A stretch of 51,637 nt of DNA, counting the filler, from Sphacelaria rigidula (lineage: Eukaryota), in assembly GCA_964200075.2 (NCBI GenBank). It is 4 parts of 4 records of this genome, joined end to end, with 100 filler letters (N's around TTAATTAATTAA, not from the genome) between each part and the next. Parts side by side here need not be neighbours in the genome. Positions count along the whole stretch, not along the records: positions 1 to 12,837 come from CAXNAA020003376.1; positions 12,938 to 25,771 come from CAXNAA020003377.1; 2 more parts are not named here. One strand, written 5' to 3'. Shown here piece after piece: positions 11,742 to 24,163 of the stretch. Position 1 is the stretch's first letter. Each line of letters starts with the position of its first letter. The notes under the pieces were generated by a model that worked only from the letters and a program-made list of their open reading frames with translations, did no database searches and was not told where the DNA came from. The position numbers were made by a program, and so were the translations under genes.

Positions 11742-12050
11742 CGGATGTAGGACCACGAGTTTGTTGGCCTTCCAAAAACGTTGGCGGAAGTAAGCCCACG
11801 AGTTTGATGGCCTTCCAAAAGGATTTGGACTTCGGATGTAAGCCCACGAGTTTGTTGGCCTTCCCCGATGTTTGCCCACATCACTTCAGTCAGGCCTGAT
11901 TGATCTTTTCCTGTATTTACAGATGACTCCCGTTTGGAGAATTATGGTTTTGGCGACAAAACTTGCCCTCGGATGGAAACCCACGAGTTTTGCTTGACCA
12001 CCCCACGATGTTTGACAGCATTACTTCAGTCCGGCCCGATTGAACATTTC
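11742..12050 (+). repeat. Minisatellite-like repeat, ~32-bp core
   Basis: CGGA(T/A)GTA(G/A)G(A/C)CCACGAGTTTG(T/A)TGGCCTTCC at 11742, 11785 and 11833, with a diverged copy near 11970 that also repeats the downstream ACTTCAGTC segment. Confidence 0.85.
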
Positions 12051-12837
12051 TCTGTAGTATCAGATGGTCCTCGCCCCTTGTCAAGGAGAGAGGAATGGCC
12101 CCGGAATGGCCCCATAACCGCGCAGGGTTTTCTAGCGCACCATGTCCCCCCTTATCAGTGCAAAGTATAATCTTTTGCTGTGTCCGAAGGTATATGGAAA
12201 CATTTTCTCTTAAAGAGACGCCTTCGGACACAGCCCACGTGCTCGTTCCATATGCCGCTGCCCTAGCTGCTTCCCAGCACCCCCCCCCACCCCCCTATCT
12301 GGTCAGATATCAGATCGTTTCCCCCCAACATCGGTTGTATCGTAGGCCTATACTTGAGTTGCTACGACATAGCCCCCTCGGCGATGCGGCGAGCGATGAG
12401 CTCACCTTAGCGGATTTCAGAACCCTAATCCGATCTGGTCAGATATCACATCATAGTCCCCCCCCCCTCCCCTTTGCTGCATTGTAACCCCCCATAGGTT
12501 TTGGTACCGTGTTTCTTTGTGCTGAGTGCACCTTCTTGGTGATTCTGTTTCTAGTAACCGCAGGCACATTTCCTGTCGCTGTCGCATCTCTGTCCGTGTC
12601 CCCTCAGCATCTAGTGTTTTTTTTCTTTTTGTCTTCAAGGTTTCTTTACGCGATGAGAGGACTGTAGATTTAGTCCAGCCTCCCGCATGTTTGGAATTGT
12701 GATGACTCGTTCTCTGGATGTGTTTGTTGTTGTCACTGCTCAACCCCCTGCCGCCAGCCAAGAGAGCTCGCCGCACGGGAGTATTCCCTTACATCGTCTT
12801 GTTGCACGGGTCCTTGGTTACACCGTGTACTGCTAAT

Positions 12838-12937
12838 NNNNNNNNNNNNNNNNNNNNNNNNNNNNNNNNNNNNNNNNNNNNTTAATTAATTAANNNNNNN
12901 NNNNNNNNNNNNNNNNNNNNNNNNNNNNNNNNNNNNN
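12838..12937. other. Assembly gap spacer
   Basis: 44 N, TTAATTAATTAA (stops in all six frames), 44 N; identical at all three gaps. Confidence 0.97.
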
Positions 12938-13011
12938 CGGCATTGTAGGGATGCGAGGTCAATGGTCTTTATGACTATGGCATGCATGATAATGAGTACA
13001 CCCCCCCCCCC
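12938..13011 (-). repeat. G-tract interspersed repeat, subfamily A, copy 3 (cut by the gap)
   Basis: Reverse complement reads G11-TGTACTCATTATCATGCATGCCATAGTCATAAAGACCATTGACCTCGCATCCCTAC. Confidence 0.85.
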
Positions 13012-14990
13012 AGCAGCACCATCTGCGGTGGGGGAGTCTTGCAACCTCGTTCTTGCTCCTTAGTGTGGTTTCCACGTTCAGGTCCATTATTATTGACGCC
13101 GCGTCTCTTAAACGATTTACAAAAAAAATCGGGACTGGCAAGTTACCTGATGACCCTCGACTGCTTGCAATCTCAACGGCGTACACAAGAGGCAACTCTC
13201 CGAAGTGTTGTGTTGCAGTCCGATTTTTTCCACTTCTCCAAAAATGAAGCCTAGGAGGAAAAATGGAGTCGCTTTGTTTTCGAATAAGTCTGAACGCAGA
13301 GTCCGGCAAGTCCGAAAATTTCTGAGATGTGCGAAAAAGCAATGCATGGTCGATAATTATTGTATGTCCCTAAAAGTGCAGGACATGCGACAACGAAACT
13401 GATTAAAGATCTCAAGAAAAAAAGCGGCCACCCACGTCTATTTCCTACTTACCGAAAAAAGAGTTAAGTCGTTCAGCATACAAGGCATTGGCATTCTATC
13501 ACACGTGCCACGTGTTATTTTCTCACATAACACTACTGTACTGTGACTTCAATCCCTCCACGAGACTGTGATCCTGGTTCGTTTCACAACCCTCACACTT
13601 AACCCTTATCCTGCGACAGGCAATTTCAAATTTCAACTTCTATGTAATCTGAAATTGAAACGAAACACTATTGTAGTCAGTATCTCGATTGATGTATGCG
13701 CTCTATGCTTCCATTTCGTGTTACTTGCTACCCTGCCTGACGATCGTCCCGCAGAGTGGTACTGCCTGCGGATGGCAACAAACGAAATGGACAGCGGTGG
13801 GGACAGGCGCCGAGATTTGTTTTGCCCATACTCACACCACCGGGGCACTTTCTACGGTAGCTGCCCCCCCTCAAAACCAGCCCAAACTGTCACGAAGAAA
13901 AAGTTTATACAGCGCCTGATGTTTGGTTTCAGACTGCATGAAGCGCCTCATATGAGCGACATTGGAGAAAACGAACCCAAGCGTGGGAATCCACCGCTGC
14001 TCGTTAAGCTCGGCTTTCTTCACTTCGATTTACGTGTAGATTTTGCCTCCCGAAACCAGCCACTCTTGGGGGGGGGCAGAAAGTGTCCCGGGTGGTTTAC
14101 GACATTGGATACAGGAGTCTGCATTACACGACACTCCACATGAAAGACCTTCATGAGAACAGTTTTTGGTTGGTCGAAATATAACGAGAAGGTCCCCAGA
14201 CCCACTGTCTCAATTCCCACTGCAAAGCGGGGACCTCAGCACCGTGGGGCAAATCGCTGGCCTGGGATGACGGCACTATGGTGGGACCCCGCACGATGTT
14301 GGGAACCCGCACAATACTGCAATATGCAATTCGCCTGATATTATTATCGCAGATGGAAACTGTGGAAATTTGTGTTGACCGCACCGTGGTAGGACCCCCA
14401 CTGTACTGTGCACGCCCACCTCCCTCTGGAGCACAACAAGCTAATACTTAGAGTAGCATACGATACACCGCGGATATCACCCCTCACCGACTACATTCAA
14501 TTTCAATTTTAGGGGGCCTAGGCTTTGAAGGTTGAGAAACGGGCACCCCTGGTTGATTACAGTTTGTTTTTTTAAACCCTAGGGTCAACCCTGACCCGAA
14601 ACCCCGGCCAATATAAACCGAGGGATTTTGAGCAAGAGAGTGGTGTGCATAGGGTGCTCCAGGCAAGGTGTGCACTGATCGAGTTGAATTAGGCGCCGAA
14701 TCTAGCCAAATTGTGTGATGTGTGCACGCTTGGCGAGCCCTTGAGGTTATACACCCCCCTAAAGATCCGAAATATGATGGCCAACAAAAATCTACGTGTG
14801 TATTAACCATGTCTTTTCGTCGCCGATTTCGCGAGATCGTTCCTGGCTCCTTCGTTTACATCGATATGTTTTTGCCTATCATCGATGCTCGGTCGATCGA
14901 TGATAGGAGGTCTCACGCTACGCGACGCACTTCCGTTGACCACAGTTGCAACGAGCGAGGGCCAGCAATCCTGGAGAAGCTGAACGAATC

Positions 14991-17900
14991 ATGAGGCGGG
15001 GACAAATCCTGGTCGACCTAGCGGGGTGCGTCACTTGCGCGTTTCTTTGTTGAGTGATTTGATAACAGTGTTGCTGTCGTGAGTTTTTGTTTAAAAACGC
15101 CGTACTTTCAACTCCTCTCCTCCCTCGGTACAAGTCTGTTGCCTCGAGGAATCGTTCCGTTTCTCACTCGGTACACCCCTCACATTTTGGTATTTCGGAG
15201 ATGATGAGTCAATTTTTTGTTTGTTAACCACCTGTTCACGTGTTGACGTCGGGAGTCAGATACTTCAGGAACGAAATCCGTATCTACCAGGATCTGAATC
15301 CTCAATCTTCGTCCTGGAATGTTACAGTTGAACTACGTAGACTATTCAAGTGTGACCATATCGAGAGGCCAACAGAATATCAGGATTGGTACGTGAAACC
15401 GCACCTCCTATCGGCTCGTTCCCGGTTTCGATTTTTTTTCGGAATTCCCAACTTTGTATCCCACAATGACTAGCATTCACCAGACGAGTTGTGTTTGTTG
15501 CGGGGAGTATTCTTGAGGTGCTTTGGCATAAGGCTCAGAGACGCTGCTGGATTTCTACCTGCGAGCAGAAGGAATTCTGATGGTTTCAGGAGGCGTTCAC
15601 CGACCCACATCTCGAAGTAGTGATACCCTTTTGTCATTCTATTGTGGGCCTCCTTATGCGATGCGTCATATAGCCCCCCCTTCTTGCTTACTCTTGAGCA
15701 CCTCCCAATTTACCGGGCTGGTACCAGACTGCACGAGGGAGAGCGCGTGGCGAGGGAAGTAGATACTGTCAACAACATGAGAGCGGTTCTACGGCAGGGG
15801 TTTACGTTTTTTTTGCTGAACTTTTGCACTTTGAGAGCCTCTCGATCGATGACAAATATGTGGGCCTTAGTGTGTGGCCTCAGAAAACTTTCAGACTAAA
15901 ACGTGCACTCCTACCTTACAATCGCTCACGAGCCTCAAGGTTTTCCTCTTACCAACAGGCACATGGCACCCATCATGAACCACTGGTAAAGAAAAGCTAA
16001 GCGGGTTTGCACCCAATTGTTGACATCAGGGTTGCACCCACCTGCTAGCTCAGTAAGGTCAGTCGTTAGGGGGATAATGCATGCAATGAAGATGAGTAGT
16101 ACGTCTTAGAAAAGACAAGGCAGACACCACAGTCGCTTGGTCTGCGGTTGTCCTCGAGCCAACTTAGGCCCAGCTTACCCCCGATCATTTCTTTTGGACC
16201 TTACCTATGAACAGGTGTACTTGACGCCGCACTAGAAGCAGGCAGTTTCAACATCACACCGAATGCGTCTATTTTCAGTAATTAAGACAATTGAAGTCGC
16301 TGATATAGATCCCCCCGTCCCTCCGCTCTCTTCTTTTGGTTAAAAGAAGACTTCCACACATTGTTTTTCCTTCTGGAAATCGTTTATACCCCCCTCGACG
16401 TGACGTTTTCCTATATCCTCCTTGCCTTGCAGGGCGGGTCGCCTGCGTGAGTTGGACCATGTCCTCAGTAAATGCCCCCGTGATGAAATACTCACGTGGT
16501 TCTCAGTGCGGATGTTCCAGGCCGCTTGCCTACACAATAACCTGAGTACGGTACGTGAAGATCGGCGAGGGTGTCTCGGCGTGCCAATGTTTTGTGCGCA
16601 AAACTCTGTTGGTTAACTTGGCGTTTGTTCCCTGCCGATACGAGACCATCATGAGGGTAGTAGATTTGTGCGTGCCAGCACGGTTTGGGGGAGCGAACAT
16701 GAGTGTTTTTCTTGTTGCGAAACGCCGGAAACATGAAATTAAAGGCTGGAAGACTACAAATGTTAGGAATACTCCGGCCCCCCATCCTCTCCTTGTAAAC
16801 CGTTCGTCGAAACTATCGTGCATGCACGCGGAGCCTCAGTTTGTCAACCACGTCGTATTTCCTACCTCCAGCATATCGACATGGCTCATGACGAAACCTT
16901 CTCGTGACACTTCGAACGTTACGTAGATGCGTTTTATGGTGGACCGTGGGTTCGACATGGGTTTCAGTGCAGTTTCGGATGCCTTGCACTGGTTGGTGAA
17001 AGGCGCAAACACGGAGATGGACGGCAAAGACATCCTCCCGGCTACAGAATTCCTCGTCAAGGAGGCTCGAATGTCACCCAACGTACAGGCAAGAGCTCCC
17101 ATGGCCACAGTAGCACACTTAGAACAACTCCGAACGACACCGTCGCTGAATGCGAGACGGCGATATTTTTCTCGCTTACTTGAAGATCAACGAGGAAGTA
17201 AGCGATTGATGCGTAGAAGATGATTTTCACCTTCCCTTGTACTCGAGGAGAAAAGCTTCCGTCGATTCTCGTTTCGAAAAACAAGGACATCCGTCGAAGT
17301 ATGATCACTGAACGAGCGAGTGCGAACCCATCATCTTCGAGACGTTCCGCCTCCTTGCTTTTGTCGTGACGTGCATCGGGAACCGACTGCAGAGACACTC
17401 GGACTATCGCACCCCGTTGCATCTTGCGGTAGAACGAGGGTTCTTCGAGGCCGCCCGACGCTTGGTTGATCTTGGGGCAGACGTAAATGCCGTGGCCAAG
17501 GTGAGTCAATGGTGTGTCTTGATTATACGCTTGAGTACAATGCGGGTGGTACGCGTGAACACCACTAAGTTTCTGGTCATAGCAATTGGGTTGGGGGTAG
17601 ACAACCACGACGCGAGTAGTTACGCGTCACTAAGAGATATACTTCGTATACCACTTGCGGGTGCTTTCTGTATTTTGACAGGATGATGTGATGCCTCTCT
17701 CGCTCGCCGAAGAGGATGCCTGCTCCGTAGGCACAGTCACAATCGACCGAAGCAGCCACTCAGGCGCAGCTACCACTGTCACTACTTCCAGGAACGAAGG
17801 AAATTACAAGCACAAACAGGGGTCACGTCTCGACCAGCAATCGACACGGGGGATCGCCGACGAAGATCACCCATCTCCGAGAGAGAAAGGGGAACAACTG

Positions 17901-18230
17901 ACGTCGGCACTGGATCCTCGCGACGGAATCCAGCGACAAAAGCACACCACTCAAGGAGCACCGCCGTCAGAGGGAATCGGCGATCCATTGGACGATTTAT
18001 TCGTTCAGCAACAGCATCGCAGAGAAAAGCTACTGCACCCAGCGGGCGGGGAGGACGACCAACGTCGAATCGCGGAGGGTCGAGCTAGAATCTGCGGGCT
18101 GTTGGTGGAGCACGGGGCCAGACGCACATGGAGGAGAGCACCTAGCGCGAAGCAAATTGCGTTAGACAGCAAGTATTCCGACCTCATGAAAGATGATGAC
18201 GGCCGGAACCTATGCACGTTCAATGGCTGA
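14991..18230 (+). CDS. Ankyrin-repeat protein (multi-exon)
   Basis: Well-supported exons: 16433-16550, 16927-17088, 17393-17500 (RTPLHLAVERGFFEAARRLVDLGADVNA, canonical ankyrin) and 17682-18230. Tentative phase-consistent 5' exons: 14991-15025, 15269-15388, 15590-15616, 15728-15799, 15959-15985. True start uncertain (possible acceptor at 14945). Confidence 0.75.
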
Positions 18231-20226
18231 TGGTGCTTTATCAACACTCGTGGTGTGTCCACGGCCGACTACTGTATTGCGAGAAGTCGGCCTCTGAACG
18301 TCCCGCCAGGTTTTGGGGGATCATCACCGTAGGCGTGAGTATAACCGCCCGTAGGCTGGGTTGGCGCGGGGACAAATTCAGCACGAGTTTTGATTTTACC
18401 AAAAAATGTTGCATCAGGCGAGGTTACATGATTGAGCGTGCGGAACTGTGGGGCATGTCTTTGCCTCCGTGTTTAGCATGCAGAGGCCGACCGAGGTGGC
18501 CCTCGCTCTCCCAACTCTCAACGCCACGAGCTCCTGCCTGGGTAGCGGGGATTTGTGGAGGAAAACGTTCACCGCTGGGATCTGATGCGCCTTGCTTGCT
18601 TGTGTGCCAACTTGTGCTAGTTCAGTCCTCTTCAGTTGGCTGTGGGGGATAGGGGGAGTCTTCCCTGTTGACCCCATGGACACACTCGGAACACAAAACA
18701 CACAGCTATGGACCACCTGCAGCACGTACATCCCTACGAGATATGCCAAGCCGTTCATTCGTCTAGCAGCAGCTGGACGTGTTGGCCACATGTGCTACTG
18801 CACTATTGGCCCCATGACAACTAATGTATACCGTATATGAAATGTTTTAAATTTCACTATCCTGAGACGGCAATGCCGCTGACCGAAGTTCACGTATGAG
18901 TATCTCGCGACAAGCGGCACATGTATAGAAACCGTCTTCTTTATGTAGGCAGACCCTTCACTAAAACAAATAATCGACACTTCGGGCAACGACCTAACAC
19001 AGTGACGGGCGTACGAAGGGTAATATGATCAACGTACCGAAGACCGCGACAGTGGTGGGCAGAGGATCGTCTTTCGCCTACTTTTATCTCGTATGCACCG
19101 TTGTTCCATGCTCGACAAAATTGCAGCACTCATTGGTCAAACGACGGGGAAGAAGTAGTTCGGCACGAACACTTTAGAAACGGACACGGCACCAACAATA
19201 GTGCAGAAAAGAATGAAATTTGCCGTCGTCGTGTGCGCCATCAGGAATCTAAAAGCAAGCGCCATTTTGCACTCCTGATGTTATCTGCGCATGCAAATTA
19301 CTACCAGGCACACATCTGCTGTCATGATGGCCCTCTCAGAATAGTTTGGCAATCGCCGCAGGGTGTCCCTCACCTCGCAATGGCCAGATCATCATCCATT
19401 TCAGCTATCGTTTGCGCTACTCAATAATTCATAATTCCAGCTCATGGTAACTCCTCTGCAACAAAATCTACAAGCATTAGTAGATAGAAAATATGCAACA
19501 TTTTGTCGTCACCTCTTGTCAACAGTACAAAATCAAAATCATATTACACGAGTCTCCCGGCCGAGTGAACCACACAGTGACGTGAAGGGATGGAGCCAAC
19601 CACACACAAAACATGACTTCGTTCACTGGAACAAGTACTCAATAGGCCGAGCAGGAGCGCAACAAGAAGCTCAGCGTATAAGGATCACAATCAAGCAAGA
19701 CCTGCAAACAGCTAGCCCTACATCGTCGGATACACGTCGCTCGAAAAATCACAGCATAACGACAAGCTGCACGTCGAACAGCTGTCGTTCGGAGATCGCC
19801 TCGATATCGCACCACCCGGGATGAGGCTGCAAGCACGGAAAATCTCTCACGATGTGTCAACATCCAACGAATCAACGTGCGCTCTGCCTCGTACTTGTCT
19901 CCGGTGGGTAGCAGCAAAAAATTGGCCACACCGAGAGCTATGTACAACAACACAGCACGTTCCAACCAACGAATTCCCGTATACCACGTGAACCCTCACA
20001 AGCCACCACCACACTGGTGCTTGATGCTGACAGCTAAACATATAACGTCATCGCCCCAACCACCATTACATCACGAGCGCCCATCACCCGCACGAGGGGG
20101 CCAGAGGAGAGCGGAGCGGGCATGGGTGTGTGTGAGAGAGTTTACACGGCCGCGGGGGGGGGCGCGCGGGGGGGGGGGGGGGGGGGGGGGCACAGCCATG
20201 TTCATCACCAGTTGCTCAGACGCCCG

Positions 20227-23200
20227 TCACCCATTATCGGCCTTAGCCACCGACGCTGCTGCTGCAGCCGCCTCTGCAGCCCTTGCGCGGTTAAGCGGGT
20301 TCTCGGGAGATTTCTTCCACTGTTTGTATACAAATGAACAATCAGCGTGCAAAGACAGGAAGGTGGGCGGGAAGGATCGCGCCAAGAGGTTCGAACGTAC
20401 GGTAATGTTAAAGTCGTGCGACGGTAGGGATGTACAAATATTTTCCGGGTCTGCGCACTGGAGTAGATTTAGGCCCTCGCGCATTCGCACTTGCGCAGTC
20501 AAGACGAAGTTGCGTCTGAACGTGAGACGATGCTCTCGCAGGCAAACATTATATCTTGCGAACAATGCCGTTGTTTTGTTTCACAGCGTGGAAATACCGC
20601 AGACAAGATATGGCCATAGAAGTGCACCCCTACCATAGCAGGATTCGACAGACATAAATATATACATACAGTATCACTGCACTACCGAGATCGCAAGAAC
20701 ATAGGAGGTTCGTGGATGCCGACGGCTTTTGGTGTTCGGCTGAGCTTTTTCAAAAGCATGCCTCCGTGTGCCTTACCAGTAGAGCTACTGCATTTACCCG
20801 GCTTCTCGATTCCTGAAATGCTGTTTCTCCCCACTCTCATGTATGTATCTCTTGACAACTTCGTGGTATAGCTACGTCCCCGTTCGTCAATGGCGCCACA
20901 AAACTGAAATGCCAACGCCGCCAGGGAAAATAATACTCAATGCGTACATCCAGACGCATTCAACAACACCAAACGAAGATCACGGGGGCACAGCAGGGGC
21001 GCGCGGGGCGGGGTGCAGCAGTTGTCCCCAGTCAGGGACGATAGAACACGTTCCATACCTGCTCAAACAGCATTTGCTTGTACTGCCGAAGTTTTAGCCC
21101 CGGCTTCGCTTCCTTCAACCCAGGTAATTCGTTTGCCTCGTACGCGAGGAAGGCCTGAACAGTGGAAAACGAGGGCAACCAACAAACTGTGTAATGAGTG
21201 TAATTCTGGGTGCTCCGTACTCGCTTGTGTGACCTTGAAGCAAGCTTTGATATACACCGCCGCTGAGTCACCTTCAACCCATGCGCCAGGAGGCCGCTCT
21301 CCTTTTCTTTTCTGCCTGGACTTCGGGAGAGTTCTTTCGAAGGAGAGACAAACATCTCCATGGAAGAGACCTTTGCCACGCGTATGTCACGCGCCATAGA
21401 TATTTGTGAATGAGCCGCGGCCAGCAGCATTGCCGTCTCAGGACAGTAATTATTCACCAGTATACTACAGTGCTCGTGATCGTGCCAACAGAAGCACATG
21501 CGGTCAACAAATACAGCTGTTGTGGAATAGCTGAATGGCTTGGCGAATCTGGTGGGGGTTTGGCTGAGTGGCATTCTCCTCTTCTGTGTGACGTTTGCTC
21601 AGGATTTCTCCCCGGCTCCAACAGCCAACTGAGCAACGAACACTACAAGCTGACGGAGACAATCAATGCACAGGGCAGTCGCAGCGGCGAGCTTGTCCCC
21701 CATTGCGAACTCTTGCTTTCCGGGCGGAAACTCGTAGCATCGAGAATTGAGGAAGGGGGAGCAACCTCAACTTTCGCGTTTTGAGAAACGTGGGCAAGAA
21801 AATGCCTAGCAGTCCCTCCCTGAAATTCGATAGGCCAAAAACGAACAAGTGCGACTTTGTTTTGGCACCGAAGCGGCTCACTAGCTATCACTACATCTTC
21901 AGTACAGTCATCCTCCAAAAGCTGGTGGAACTGCTCGAGGACGGATTTGCGAAACAGAGGTCGCGGGCGCTCGAAGGGTCAAGTTCATGGGAGTGGGCAT
22001 GAGGGTGGGGAGGGAGAGGGGTCTCGCACAGCACGGTAACCAGAAAAACCACGCGTCAGATTTACATGATGAAGCAGGTGCACGACATGCCGCGGATAGT
22101 TCGATTTAATCTTGTACATGATCTCCCAAAGGTCCAACCGTGGTCATATAGGAGATTTACCCGAGATAAGACAACCCGGAAGCACCCGTTGAAGGAAGGT
22201 GAAGAAAACTAAAAGGCGGAACAGACACAAAGAGTAAGACAGAAAAAAGAGTGCACACCGAAATGCAAGAGTCGAGGTCCTGTCGGGCGAATGATTGTCT
22301 CATGACCTTGTTCATATCTTCTCTGAATATAGTTGAAGGACATCTTCGGGGATGAGAAGCGCCCTCCCGTCTCATCGCCGTCCCCGTGATCGATGTACCC
22401 TCCCCACGAAAACTCACCGCTTTCAGCCTCTTTTCGGGGTGAGCGTCGGCCGCACCCGCCCCGCTGCCCATGCTCATTGAGCCTAGAGCCGCGTCGATGC
22501 CACTAGCCCAATCATCGTCTTCACCCAGGCCACCGCCTTTTCGGTTCGGATTTCCAGCGAGCGGTGCGGCGTCGTCGGTCATAAGTATCCCCTGATCTCG
22601 AAGAGCCTTCGCCTCTGCCGCTGCCCGTTCCGCCTTAGCCTGCGGTTTGCGAAGGAACAAACAAGGTTGATGAAGCGCACAGTTTGTATCTACGCACTTT
22701 CTCTCCGTCCGAAAGTCGGGAGGCTCCTCGCGCTCTCGACTGCTCACCTCGATGTGAAAGAGTGAGGTAGCAGCACGTTGGAAAACAACCAAGACTGGCG
22801 ATGTTCGGGAGCTTCCGACGACAGGGCCGGACACATCAACTGAAGGCGAAATTCCAAATCTGAGCAACCAAGACACGAACTCGAGAAGAGAAAAAAACAA
22901 TCGGCAGGGCTCACCTTCCGGGCCTCCTCAGCCTCCTTTTGTTTTCGTGCGGCCTCTTGCCTCTTTTTCTCTTTATTGGACGTGGCGGAGGACACCAGGG
23001 CCGCCTCCCATGGTGGTATGTCCACCTTTTTACCGCCCTTTGGTTTCTGCAAGTCAAACCCGAAGGTGTTGTCATATCCGAGACGGTGCACGAAGTCCGC
23101 AAGAAGGGCAGAAGATGGCCAGCGTTTAATTTTTTGTTGCGCTTCGATGCAGAGCTTGGGTCAAGAATGAGGGTTCCGTGACGGCTCACTCACCATCATG

Positions 23201-23642
23201 CTGCGAACGCGTACGGGATAACCAACGTTATTGTGATTGTCTCGCATCGCAAGACAAAGAAAGCCTTCTAGACTGGTGCCTGATCACATGTAGGAAATAG
23301 AGTCAGTACCCTTGGACACGAAAGACAGGCGGTGCTCAAGTCCAGTGCACCCCCGCCTAACTAATTTCCACCCACCACGGTAGATTTATATCCCTTAAAC
23401 TCCTTCTCTTCTTCGGCGGCTAGAGCCTTCTTCGCGGCCAACTTGGCCATCTTCTCTTCCTGCTTTCGGGCGGCTTCGTCTTCTCTTTTCGTCCCCTTTG
23501 CCCCCTGCGCCCAATCTCGAGCTTCTCGTGCTTCAGCCGCTGCCTGTTCCTTCTGCCTGTTCCGCTCTGCTACCGCGGCCTTTTTTTCATTCGCAGCTGC
23601 AACCTTGGTGTTAACACCGCCCTGACCTCCTTTTTTACCCAT
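20227..23642 (-). CDS. CCDC124: Coiled-coil domain-containing protein 124 (Lso2-like ribosome-binding factor), 269 aa
   Basis: Exons 23642-23376, 23046-22915, 22639-22418, 21154-21059, 20319-20227, all GT-AG and phase 0. Family motifs: GVNTKVAAANEKKA at the N-terminus, HPEKRLKAAFLAYEANELPGLKEAKPGLKLRQYKQML, WKKSPENPLN. Confidence 0.93.
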
Positions 23643-24163
23643 TTTGAACAGCAAAACCGGTTGGTGGTAGCCGGCGGCAAGCGGTGGTGGATGGTGTTGT
23701 AGTTGGTTCGCTGTGTGCTCAACAGAGAATCCTGGTGACTTCTGCGTGGATTCATTAGATATTATTTTGTGATTCAGACCCGCGGTGGGAAGGTAGAGGT
23801 GTACCAAAAAAACCGAGAAGTACATTAATACGCATAGAATCACAGGTTATATATACATATATATATACGATCAATAACGCATATCGATATGATTTTGTCT
23901 ACGAAGCATATTGTACTGTATACTGAGACTCAGGTCGTCCCTCCGATGAAAATGAAGAAGATTACAATGTATGTTTCATCGGACAATAAATAATAACATC
24001 ATTTTCGAAGGCGTGGCAATGTCGGCTGGTGATGTCAAGGAGAGAACATTTTAAACACACCGTCTCGCAACACGGAAAAGATAAGGCGCACACCGTTCCT
24101 CACCCGTCTCGTCCGTGCTAGTAATCTTGGCCTGTTTGTGCTGCGCACAAGAAAGGCAGAAAC

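Noticed and set aside
11742..11864. CRISPR-like array of ~32-bp repeats
   Set aside because: Spacers are only about 11-16 nt, repeats are degenerate, no cas genes, eukaryotic context; a minisatellite.
12882..12893. TTAATTAATTAA palindrome recurring three times
   Set aside because: Always centred in identical N runs; an artificial six-frame-stop linker.
14574..14605. Telomere-like AAACCCTA/AACCCTG motifs
   Set aside because: Only two or three degenerate units; compatible with chance.
19877..20638. 253-aa plus-strand ORF
   Set aside because: Antisense to the last CCDC124 exon, runs through a poly-G tract, no protein-like features.
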